This document shows, in pieces, positions 38,805-47,719 of a DNA stretch of 64,000 nucleotides. Both the position numbers and the translations under genes were made by a program. The notes beneath the pieces are model-generated. The model saw nothing but the letters and a program-made list of their open reading frames with translations. It had not been told where the DNA came from and ran no database searches. The DNA is from an uncultured virus (IMG/VR IMGVR_UViG_3300010345_000473) (taxonomy: Duplodnaviria; Heunggongvirae; Uroviricota; Caudoviricetes). The DNA is taken from the IMG/VR virus record IMGVR_UViG_3300010345_000473, one strand, 5' to 3'. How positions within the stretch are numbered: the stretch's first letter is position 1; every line of letters begins with the position of its first letter.

Positions 38805-39644
38805 GTGTTTGTGTTGACGAACAAATCGACACCTGACCAACATAACGATGTAGAAAAGGTTGCGGTAGAACTCTTTAAGGATAAGGATACCGGAGAATAC
38901 GAGGGTGACATCATTCCGCCTAGACAGCAAACAAAACTCGCGGACACCCGTCCTGAGAAACTCGAATCCCCAAAGAATTATCATCCACAGGAAGCCACCA
39001 TCCCTCCTACTCCAACCGCAACCACCGAAGAAGTTGAATCCGAACTTCAGGGATCACTCATCGAACCTACACAAGAACCATCTGGGTCGAATGAGGACAT
39101 CATCGATCAAGAACCGCCGGAACCCCATGACATATATGAAGATGTGGATGATCAGACACAGCGTGTCTATATTCCCATCAGACTCATTCCACAGATTGTT
39201 GATTGGAATAATGCGAACATCGAAACACATCGGATGAATCTTGTTGATATAGTTACAAACGAAGTTGTGTCTGAGTTTGATATGCCATATCTGTCACAAG
39301 TTTCCGCAACAGACGACACCAATCCTGATATTCCACCTATACTCTGTGGGCGTGTTATTGATTCAAACCTCGTTGTGCTGTATGTTAGTGACGATGATGT
39401 GGTGTGCACCAACGATATCAATGGTACGCCTACAATGTTTATATTTCCAGAGATCATCCTCGATGATACACGGGATGTGATTCTGGCCCTTGATTATGGC
39501 GAGAAGATGGATCTGTTGATGAGTCTTGGATTCGTTCCGTCAACCCAGCCAAATATGTATGAAGAACCAAATGATGAACAATATGATGATTCAGATATGA
39601 TGTCGTCGATTTCTGGTGATATCAGCGCGTTCATTAACATGTGA
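38805..39644 (+). CDS. Acidic hypothetical protein
   Basis: 279-aa Asp/Glu-rich ORF. Confidence 0.65.
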   Translation: MFVLTNKSTPDQHNDVEKVAVELFKDKDTGEYEGDIIPPRQQTKLADTRPEKLESPKNYHPQEATIPPTPTATTEEVESELQGSLIEPTQEPSGSNEDIIDQEPPEPHDIYEDVDDQTQRVYIPIRLIPQIVDWNNANIETHRMNLVDIVTNEVVSEFDMPYLSQVSATDDTNPDIPPILCGRVIDSNLVVLYVSDDDVVCTNDINGTPTMFIFPEIILDDTRDVILALDYGEKMDLLMSLGFVPSTQPNMYEEPNDEQYDDSDMMSSISGDISAFINM

Positions 39645-40039
39645 CATTCGTGGGGGACGTCCTTAGCGTCCTCCACATCACTCTGCTTTCAAAACACATG
39701 ACGAAATGGAGTGTGATTGTGATGGATGCCGTGAATATGTGTGATGTTCGGAGAGTTGCAGATCTCGTGGGGGAGATGCTCGCATATGATGGCAACGACA
39801 TCTCGGAATTCTGGAAGACTCTCCACACCATTGCTGCAGCACATATCCAGCTCACATCAGAGGACACAATGAGTACACGGTTGCGGTGTGAGTATTGTGG
39901 ACGGCCCATCACATCGGTATCATATCGGGTGTATGACGAAGTGAGCGACATGGTGGTGGAGGCTGGTGTGATGACATGGAACGCTAAAACCGCATCATTT
40001 GAACCACCGATCGCGGGGCTCGAGCGAGCTGCCCGATAG
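39641..40039 (+). CDS. Hypothetical protein (CxxC); start uncertain
   Basis: ORF with RCEYCG. Confidence 0.5.
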   Translation: MTFVGDVLSVLHITLLSKHMTKWSVIVMDAVNMCDVRRVADLVGEMLAYDGNDISEFWKTLHTIAAAHIQLTSEDTMSTRLRCEYCGRPITSVSYRVYDEVSDMVVEAGVMTWNAKTASFEPPIAGLERAAR

Positions 40040-40045
40040 AAAACA

Positions 40046-40594
40046 TTGCGCTCCAAGACACATCATGGTGGTTTCTTGGAGGTGATTGCATTTATTGAAA
40101 GGGTGTTGATTGAGATGTGGGAAACTCTGAGAGATATGATTGCGAGGCAGTTGTTGCGGCTTGGGTTCGTTTGTGCTCGGGTGCCCTATATCGGGAAGTC
40201 GGTATCTCGGATGGTAGTAACATTCGTATGCTATCTCGGGTCGGCGGATTTCGCTACATGGCTTGCGGTGGCGAGTGCTCTCGGAAGGCACAGCACCGAA
40301 TTGTGGATAAACGTTGCACCCACGGACGAAGTCACAATCCGAATCGTGGATTCCGAGCTTGGGACATATGACTTGTTTTTCGCCGATAAGTCTGCGCCCT
40401 ATGCTCGGGCTTCTCTCCGGATGATGTGGGTCTATAGTATCATCCGAGCAAAGCATTCGACTGTGCCTATCAGTACCGAAGAACGTGTTGTTGTTAATGA
40501 AACTCTTAATATTCCTATCATTCCGGCGCGGTTTGTTATTCCGAGAGTACCCGAAATGTACTGGGACACAATTCCAACAGATGGTGTGATCTGA
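40046..40594 (+). CDS. Hypothetical protein; start uncertain
   Basis: ORF filling the gap before the topoisomerase A gene. Confidence 0.55.
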   Translation: MRSKTHHGGFLEVIAFIERVLIEMWETLRDMIARQLLRLGFVCARVPYIGKSVSRMVVTFVCYLGSADFATWLAVASALGRHSTELWINVAPTDEVTIRIVDSELGTYDLFFADKSAPYARASLRMMWVYSIIRAKHSTVPISTEERVVVNETLNIPIIPARFVIPRVPEMYWDTIPTDGVI

Positions 40595-40608
40595 AGGGAG
40601 AGTAGTAC

Positions 40609-41901
40609 ATGCGCAAATCGACAACACAAGCGGGAGTACCTGTAATTCATCAGACCATCGACGATGTCCAGGTCTCTGAAGCACTTCGATCGTCCTATCA
40701 ACAGTATTCCGAATATATTGCCCGTGGGAGAGCACTTATCAACATCGACGATGGATTCAAATCGGTGCAGCGACGCATCTTGTATGGCGCATATGAGATC
40801 TGTCGCAAAAACAATGTGAAGAGTGCCACACTCGATGGGCACGTCATGGGACACTATCATCCACATGGTATGTGTTATGGATCGATTGTCAATATGGTTC
40901 ATGATGGATATCTGATTGGCAAAGGCAACTGGGGATCCACTTTGGGAGTCGATGAGATCTCGCCCGCCGCATCACGGTACACCGAAGTGCGACTCAATCC
41001 ATTAAGCGAATTGCTGTTCCTGAATGATTTGCTTCCCTATGTTGATTGGGTCGATTCTGATACGGGCTACAAAGAACCAAAGTTCCTCCCCGCACTCGTT
41101 CCTGGTCTACTCACCAGTCTCAGCAACACTTCCGAGTTCAACACCGCCATGGGTGTTCACATCAAATCCGTCTATGGCAAATCCCCCTTGGTCCAGATTC
41201 TGGACGCCGTGATTGCGTACCTAGAATCTGGAAAATTTCCACAACGAATTGCCATTCAATACAAGAACAGTCTGGTGGCTGCGGATTGTTTTGACAAGCA
41301 TAAGTTTTCTGTGGTGTTTGGTGCCATTGTTGAGGAGGATAGATCTAATGTTCATATCAGATCCACACTGCCGAATGTTTCATACCGCAGCCTCTTTGAG
41401 GACAATGGGATCTCGTACAAGGATGTGGGAACGTCCACCACGGACATCGTCATTCCGAAGCGGCAATATGATCCCGATCTGTTCACATCAAAAGTGGACT
41501 TCTCATATATGGCATATCACGAGAAGGATGAGCAGACGCCAGTAACAGTCCATGCATATTCGCTCAAGGCCGCATGTTTGCGTCTGATCTCGAATATGGA
41601 GACCATTCTGTACCCAAGATATTTTGAAACCAATATCAACAAGGTCTCTGCTCTCATCGCTGAGTATGATATGCTTGAGCGTATTCGACATCGATTGGAT
41701 ACTGAACCTGGACTCACATATAAGACATTGAGCGCGCCTGAGCAGGATGTTGCGAAAAAATATTCTGTGGCATCAATGATGCACGCATCGGAACGATGTG
41801 CGGAGTATCGGAAACAACTGAAGGATCTTGAACACCGACAGAAGAACATTCGTGGAGAAATACTCGCTCGGTACAAGTATGTGAGATCGTGTTTGTCATG
41901 A
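40609..41901 (+). CDS. Type IIA DNA topoisomerase subunit A (short, no C-terminal pinwheel)
   Basis: DGFKSVQRRILYG, HYHPHG, GKGNWG, catalytic AASRYTE. Confidence 0.92.
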   Translation: MRKSTTQAGVPVIHQTIDDVQVSEALRSSYQQYSEYIARGRALINIDDGFKSVQRRILYGAYEICRKNNVKSATLDGHVMGHYHPHGMCYGSIVNMVHDGYLIGKGNWGSTLGVDEISPAASRYTEVRLNPLSELLFLNDLLPYVDWVDSDTGYKEPKFLPALVPGLLTSLSNTSEFNTAMGVHIKSVYGKSPLVQILDAVIAYLESGKFPQRIAIQYKNSLVAADCFDKHKFSVVFGAIVEEDRSNVHIRSTLPNVSYRSLFEDNGISYKDVGTSTTDIVIPKRQYDPDLFTSKVDFSYMAYHEKDEQTPVTVHAYSLKAACLRLISNMETILYPRYFETNINKVSALIAEYDMLERIRHRLDTEPGLTYKTLSAPEQDVAKKYSVASMMHASERCAEYRKQLKDLEHRQKNIRGEILARYKYVRSCLS

Positions 41902-41917
41902 GGAGTGTGAATCTATC

Positions 41918-43300
41918 ATGTCAGTGATTCCACAGAACCACATTGGGGGCTACAAAGACAAGGCTGGTAAAGTGCCGCTTGAGTTGCTTCCGCCCGACGC
42001 GCTTATGGAGATCGGCCGAGTCTTTGCACGGGGAGCTGTAAAGTACAGCCCACGAAATGTCGAACTTGGTTTGCCGTGGGGTGATCTTCTTGGTTCGGCA
42101 AAACGGCACATGGCGAAGTTCGAGATGGGCGAGGATATCGATATCGATACCCATGTAGATGATGGTGGTGTGCTCCATATAGCCGCGGCAGCGTGGGCAC
42201 TTATCATGTTGACCGCTTTTCAGAAACGACCACATATGAAGAAGTTCGACAATCGATCTCAATATATTCATCCAGAATTATATGAGCGAGAAACAACCAA
42301 CATACCCACAGAATCCACACAGACTCCACAATCTTCCGAAGATGATGCTTCGGAAGCATACAGCACACAACTGAGACGGGATATGGCCGCATTGCTTTCT
42401 CCCGATGGGTTTCGTGTTTTGGATACAATGAAGTTGTATCCTCCCGAGCGAGTGGAACGAGTTGACAATATAATCAAGACACTTCGAGCTGTGGGGAGGA
42501 AGTTGTGTAAAGAACCGACTTCCAGGGTAGGTCAAGTCATTATAACAGCGTTTGCAGATGTTCTCGAACACTCGTATTCGATTCCAAGAAAGATGACCAT
42601 GGATCATTTTGGTGTGGGAATGACACTCGTCGGCAACGTTGATGACTTCTGTGGAAACGATCTTCGGCATTCATATGAGTTTGTGGATAGATTGTGTTGT
42701 AGCATTCGTTCGTGGTTGTTGACGGCATATGACTGGGAAGAAACACAGGATTCGGTGGAGTCCGCCAATTGTGATGACACTCCTGCCGACGAGTGTGATG
42801 GCAAATACAAAGGGCGGGAAACCACTTATACAACAAAGGTCAGTCGGATGATCTATGATGCTGGGTTTTCACTGCGATCGTTTGCTCAGCATATTGGTCG
42901 ATCCATATCAAAGGTGTGGTATGCGACAACGGGAACAAAAAAGGCATCACATCCCATGCGCATGCTCATTGCGCAAACGCTTAACGTCAATCCTGATGTG
43001 TTGTTTGACCAACGTGGGTATGCACGAATGCTTCGTACTGATATACATCCGTCAACACGACGTGCCAGGATCGCCATCCCACCAACGCGGAGCCAGACTC
43101 TCATTCCATCAAAACAACCCGACGTTTCAGCGCAGCCAGTCGTTCAGCTTCAATCAACACGAGCCAATCAGACCATCGTTCAGCTTCATAGGTTGCTCAC
43201 CATGTTGGAGAATGCTCGGGACGCGCGTGATGCTTCTGAATTCGACAACACGCTACATCAGATGAATGTGGCGATTTCACAATATCAGGATCGAATCTGA
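41918..43300 (+). CDS. dATP/dGTP diphosphohydrolase (DUF5664) domain fused to an XRE-like HTH
   Basis: KDKAGKVPLELLPP...GAVKYSPRN...SAKRH...LHIAAAAW; later GFSLRSFAQHIGRSISKVWYATTG...IAQTLNV. Confidence 0.75.
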   Translation: MSVIPQNHIGGYKDKAGKVPLELLPPDALMEIGRVFARGAVKYSPRNVELGLPWGDLLGSAKRHMAKFEMGEDIDIDTHVDDGGVLHIAAAAWALIMLTAFQKRPHMKKFDNRSQYIHPELYERETTNIPTESTQTPQSSEDDASEAYSTQLRRDMAALLSPDGFRVLDTMKLYPPERVERVDNIIKTLRAVGRKLCKEPTSRVGQVIITAFADVLEHSYSIPRKMTMDHFGVGMTLVGNVDDFCGNDLRHSYEFVDRLCCSIRSWLLTAYDWEETQDSVESANCDDTPADECDGKYKGRETTYTTKVSRMIYDAGFSLRSFAQHIGRSISKVWYATTGTKKASHPMRMLIAQTLNVNPDVLFDQRGYARMLRTDIHPSTRRARIAIPPTRSQTLIPSKQPDVSAQPVVQLQSTRANQTIVQLHRLLTMLENARDARDASEFDNTLHQMNVAISQYQDRI

Positions 43301-43520
43301 GTCTCAGCAAAACCCACGTTAAACTGCGCCCTACGGCATGGTGTGGGTGCCCCACATAATTTCACGGGGCCACATCGAGGGATGCGCCCAGCGTGAGTAT
43401 AGCGGTGATTGCGGCGGTATAATCGCATATTGGTCTTCCATCGTTTGGAGGTTGGGTATCTGACCATGTGCTGGCAAAACATATCATATCGACATGTATG
43501 TCACTGGAGGGCGGGCATTT

Positions 43521-43718
43521 ATGGTGATCAGGATTCTCTTTGGATTTCGACATATAGACGAAGACGACGAACAGGGATGTCCATGGTGCGTGTTCTGCAA
43601 AAAGAGATCACCTCGATCTCATTCGTCCTATGCGTGTAGATTCGTATCACCCATTCTCACAGTACCACGAACTGGAAAATGTGGGCGGTTCGTGTCAAGA
43701 AAGCAGCCACTCGAATGA
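43521..43718 (+). CDS. Small Cys-rich protein
   Basis: GGAGG RBS; CPWCVFC...C...C; stop overlaps the ligase ATG (ATGA). Confidence 0.55.
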   Translation: MVIRILFGFRHIDEDDEQGCPWCVFCKKRSPRSHSSYACRFVSPILTVPRTGKCGRFVSRKQPLE

Positions 43719-45034
43719 CTGAAGGGAGAGAGCCCATAGTGACAACTCTTGGAAAAGAACCGACCCTTGAGAACATGTTTTTCGATCTGTGCGCGACGAA
43801 GAAGCGGTCTGAGAAGCTCATTATCCTGAAACGATACCTCCATGGCAATCCGGTGCTTGCCAGATTCCTCTGGAGATGCTATAATCCCTACGAACGGTTC
43901 AACATCGCCGTCCTGTTATGCACATCGTCGGGCACAAAACAGTTCTCGGAGATCGCCACGGATTTCGATATTCATCTTCAGCGACTGTCCAAGAGAGTTA
44001 TTGTGGGGAACGAAGCCCGAGCCCAGACTGAAGCATTACTGAATCAATGTCATCCAAAAACACAGCACATTCTGGTACGAGCTCTTCAGAAGAATCTCAA
44101 GTGCGGGATCGGCGCAGAACTCATCAATGCGGCATTTGATCCTGGAACCATTGAACCTATCCCCATCTTCAACGTCCAGCTCGCAAACACGTATGATCCA
44201 ACAAAATCGTATTCGATGAAACAGATGTATGTGAGCGAAAAACTCGATGGGATTCGGTGCTGTGTTTTTGCCTCGAACCCCAATGAGCTTGTGAGCAGGA
44301 GCGGAAAACCCATCTATCCCCTTCCACATATCAGCGACGCAGTCGATCGATTCTTTAAGAGTAATCCCGATGTGGAGTTTGTGGATGGTGAATTGTATAT
44401 CCACGGGAAGGCTCGTCGAGAAATCAACGCGATTGTTTCCCGTCAATACGATTGTCCGGAAAAACAATTTATTCAGTATTGTTTGTTTGCGTGTGGGCCG
44501 AATTTCAAAAAGACGCACGAAATGCTTTCGGCACTGGAACCGCTTCCATCGGTGAGAACTGATATGTCGCTTTGTCGCGTAAACAACTTCATTATCAATC
44601 TTGAACCCAACGTGGTAACTGATTGGGCAAAGTGCATGATGACGCGGGGATATGAAGGGGTTGTTTTGCGAGACATCGATGTGCCCTATTCGTGGAAACG
44701 CGATAATCATCTTCTGAAGTATAAGTTGTTTAAGGAATGCACAATGCGTGTCACGGGTTGGTGTATGGGCAATAAGGACACGAGGAACGAACATACATTT
44801 GGTGGCATCCACTGTGAGGGTATGGTGGATGATCATCTTGTTCGGGTAACGGTGCGTGCGTTCTCTGATGATGATCGTGCTGAATTGTTGCGGCTGGGTG
44901 ATGCACTTGTTGGTCGATATGTTGACATTAAATATCAGGATATCAGTGTCGATGCGGCCACAGGCGAATATTCCATGTCGTTTGCGTCTTTCATTGACTG
45001 GCGAGATGATCTCGCTGAATGGGATGACGAGTGA
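43715..45034 (+). CDS. lig: ATP-dependent DNA ligase
   Basis: Motif I SEKLDGIRC, VDGELY, YEGVVLR, LLKYK, OB domain. Confidence 0.93.
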   Translation: MTEGREPIVTTLGKEPTLENMFFDLCATKKRSEKLIILKRYLHGNPVLARFLWRCYNPYERFNIAVLLCTSSGTKQFSEIATDFDIHLQRLSKRVIVGNEARAQTEALLNQCHPKTQHILVRALQKNLKCGIGAELINAAFDPGTIEPIPIFNVQLANTYDPTKSYSMKQMYVSEKLDGIRCCVFASNPNELVSRSGKPIYPLPHISDAVDRFFKSNPDVEFVDGELYIHGKARREINAIVSRQYDCPEKQFIQYCLFACGPNFKKTHEMLSALEPLPSVRTDMSLCRVNNFIINLEPNVVTDWAKCMMTRGYEGVVLRDIDVPYSWKRDNHLLKYKLFKECTMRVTGWCMGNKDTRNEHTFGGIHCEGMVDDHLVRVTVRAFSDDDRAELLRLGDALVGRYVDIKYQDISVDAATGEYSMSFASFIDWRDDLAEWDDE

Positions 45035-45264
45035 TGAATCGATATTCCGAATCTTAATTCAAGATCATATGGGGTGACGACAGCTACTATGTTGACGGCC
45101 CGGATAACTGGCGATGGCCCGCGGAAAGCAAGACCGAGGCCCTTCAGGATATTGCTGACCTTGTGGATCATCTGAATACGTGTATGGATCTCACTGAGAA
45201 GAAGGAGACCGGAGCACAAAAAAATGAACAGGACTTTCTCGACAATCAGTCTTTTACATTGTGA
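45034..45264 (+). pseudogene. Small ORF interrupted by an in-frame TAA at 45055-45057
   Basis: TGATG-coupled start; reads MNRYSES*FKIIWGDDSYYVDGPDNW...FTL*. Confidence 0.45.
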
Positions 45265-45348
45265 GCGAACAAAAGGCGAGTGATCTGCCACGGAAGGAGC
45301 CGGCCCACAAGTCGGCTTCTTCCATATCTTCATGTGAGGAGGATGTGT

Positions 45349-47136
45349 ATGACAAAGCTTCCAATCAGTTCTGCTCACACGGATGAGATCAGTGTTCTCG
45401 ATGCACGCGATCATATTCGTATGCGAAAAGAAATGTATGTGGGCGAAGCTGCGGACGCCACACATCTTGCGATAGAAGTTATCGACAATGCGGTGGACGA
45501 ACTGATGAACGGGCATGGCACCATCATGGAAGTGGTGTCAGATCCTAAGGGATTATATGTTGTCCGTGACACGGGTCGTGGAATTCCATTGACAAGTTCA
45601 AAGCTTGTGGGTCAGGATGTACCCATCGTGCTTGCCACCACCATCAATTCCAGTGGGAAGTTCTCCCACAACATGTACGCTTTCAGTCGTGGGCTCCATG
45701 GCATCGGTCTCACCGCATGTAATATGCTGAGTGAGTGGATGACCATCACCACGCTTGCTTCTCCGAAGACCTATGTAGAGTATACATTTCGTGATGGACT
45801 CTTTGTTTCGAAAACCGAGATCCCTCGGAATGGATCTGCATATTCCACCATGGTGTCGTTCAAGCCCGACAAACGATTCTTCAAAACGCCCACATGTGAT
45901 ATGTCGTACATCACTGAACAGCTTCGTGTGGTGAAGAATGGGCTGGGTGATAACGCACGCATCATCATCAATGGGTCCGAGATCGAAGATACGTTCATGT
46001 CCGATTTTATGGCGGGTTCCGTGGGATCGCTTTCGGGAAGTGCATCAAATGCCGCGGGCGAAATGTGTGAGTTGTTTGTGGCACTTGTTGATCCCGATCA
46101 TGGCAAAGAGTTTGTGGGTATTGTGAACTTTGCCCGATCCGATGATGGGACACATATGCGATCCTCCACCTCCTATGTCAAGGATGCGTTGTTTGAGCTT
46201 GCCCAGAAACGAAAGCTCCATGTGGGCCGGCCCGAGGACATTCTTACCGTGAGCAAGATTATGTGCCGATTGAAGATCAAGGATGTTGCCTTCCATGGGC
46301 AGACCAAAGGCAAGCTTGCCACCAATCGTGAACACTTTGATGCGCTTGTCGATGCAGCTGTTCGAAATATGATTTTGAAATGTCCCACCGAAGTTGAGAC
46401 ATGGTTGGGCCTTGCGGAACAGTATCGGATTGAGCTGGATACAAAGCGCAAGACCAACAAACGCAAGACTGGGAGAACGGTAACCATCGAGGGACTTCGG
46501 GAATGTACCTCGGATGATGTCTCGAAACGGGAGCTCTATCTTCTCGAAGGAGAATCTGCAGGTGGAACCATCGCACAATGTCGGGATAGTTCGATCCATG
46601 CATTCCTGGCGCTTCGTGGGAAAGTCCTCAACACACATCGTGCACACAAAGCAGCAATTGTGGCCAACGATGTGATCTCTAATGTCTGTGGTGCACTGGG
46701 ATATCAGCCCTGTCAGTATGCGGATCCCGCGAAGTGTCGGTACAACTCGGTACACATCATGGCCGATGCTGATCCCGATGGACGGCACATCACCGCACTT
46801 CTCATCACCATGTTTTATACACTCATGCCCGATCTGATCAAAGCGGGAAAGGTGTTTATTGTGGACACGCCACTCTATGGCATCTGGGTGAATAAAGCAT
46901 TTGTCCCCATCTACACCGAAGAGATGCTTGCAAAGTATGATCGAACCAAGGTGACCAGGTACAAAGGCCTTGGCGAAATGGACCCAAACGAGCTATACTA
47001 TACAGCATTGGATCCTCGGACCCGTCGGCTTCGGCGGTTGGTTTACGAGGAGATCGACCTTAAGGTGTTGTGGGGCGAAATCGGCAGGCTTAAGATGGAT
47101 TCTGATCTCACTCAAAAAGGGGACGAGCACGCATGA
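45349..47136 (+). CDS. Type IIA DNA topoisomerase subunit B (GHKL + TOPRIM)
   Basis: HIRMRKEMYVG, EVIDNAVDE, GRGIP, GLHGIG, EGESAGG, LRGKVLN, DADPDG, RYKGLGEM; GAGGAGG RBS. Confidence 0.95.
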   Translation: MTKLPISSAHTDEISVLDARDHIRMRKEMYVGEAADATHLAIEVIDNAVDELMNGHGTIMEVVSDPKGLYVVRDTGRGIPLTSSKLVGQDVPIVLATTINSSGKFSHNMYAFSRGLHGIGLTACNMLSEWMTITTLASPKTYVEYTFRDGLFVSKTEIPRNGSAYSTMVSFKPDKRFFKTPTCDMSYITEQLRVVKNGLGDNARIIINGSEIEDTFMSDFMAGSVGSLSGSASNAAGEMCELFVALVDPDHGKEFVGIVNFARSDDGTHMRSSTSYVKDALFELAQKRKLHVGRPEDILTVSKIMCRLKIKDVAFHGQTKGKLATNREHFDALVDAAVRNMILKCPTEVETWLGLAEQYRIELDTKRKTNKRKTGRTVTIEGLRECTSDDVSKRELYLLEGESAGGTIAQCRDSSIHAFLALRGKVLNTHRAHKAAIVANDVISNVCGALGYQPCQYADPAKCRYNSVHIMADADPDGRHITALLITMFYTLMPDLIKAGKVFIVDTPLYGIWVNKAFVPIYTEEMLAKYDRTKVTRYKGLGEMDPNELYYTALDPRTRRLRRLVYEEIDLKVLWGEIGRLKMDSDLTQKGDEHA

Positions 47137-47702
47137 CGATGGATCCCAACAAGACGCGAACCAATATTGCGGGTCTCGACGTTTCAGTTTCAACGGGAGA
47201 TGATGTCCCGAGCAAATCTTTTGCGGGCATGATCAACCTGTATAGGTTCATCGAATCTGATACACCAACATCCCATATCAGCGATACTGACATCACCGCG
47301 ATGGCGAGTATGGTGGCGAGTAACGCCATGTCCTTGGTGATCTCATGGGCGCGGTCTTCTGCGAAATGCACCACCACATTGACCACTATACTTCGACGAC
47401 TCATTGATGAGACACATGCCATATATTGTGATCAACCCTCCGAATATGCATTGATTCCCGAGACCTATGTTGCTGATCAACCCATTGGCGACAACACAAA
47501 ACTTTCCATTGTGAAACATGGACATCAGTGGGAGTTCGAAATCAGCAATACCACAAATCGACATATCATGTCCCTGGCTCGATCTGTGTATGACGTGGAG
47601 AAGAACTCTGTGGTGTCATCGTATACCACACCGCATATGTCAGACACCATGGCCGACCGAACAATGCGCGATTTGATTCGGTTGTGTGTGATCTCAAAGT
47701 GA
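47133..47702 (+). CDS. Hypothetical protein
   Basis: 189-aa ORF coupled to topoisomerase B, directly before RNAP-2. Confidence 0.6.
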   Translation: MTMDPNKTRTNIAGLDVSVSTGDDVPSKSFAGMINLYRFIESDTPTSHISDTDITAMASMVASNAMSLVISWARSSAKCTTTLTTILRRLIDETHAIYCDQPSEYALIPETYVADQPIGDNTKLSIVKHGHQWEFEISNTTNRHIMSLARSVYDVEKNSVVSSYTTPHMSDTMADRTMRDLIRLCVISK

Positions 47703-47719
47703 TGGGGGATCGATCGTAG

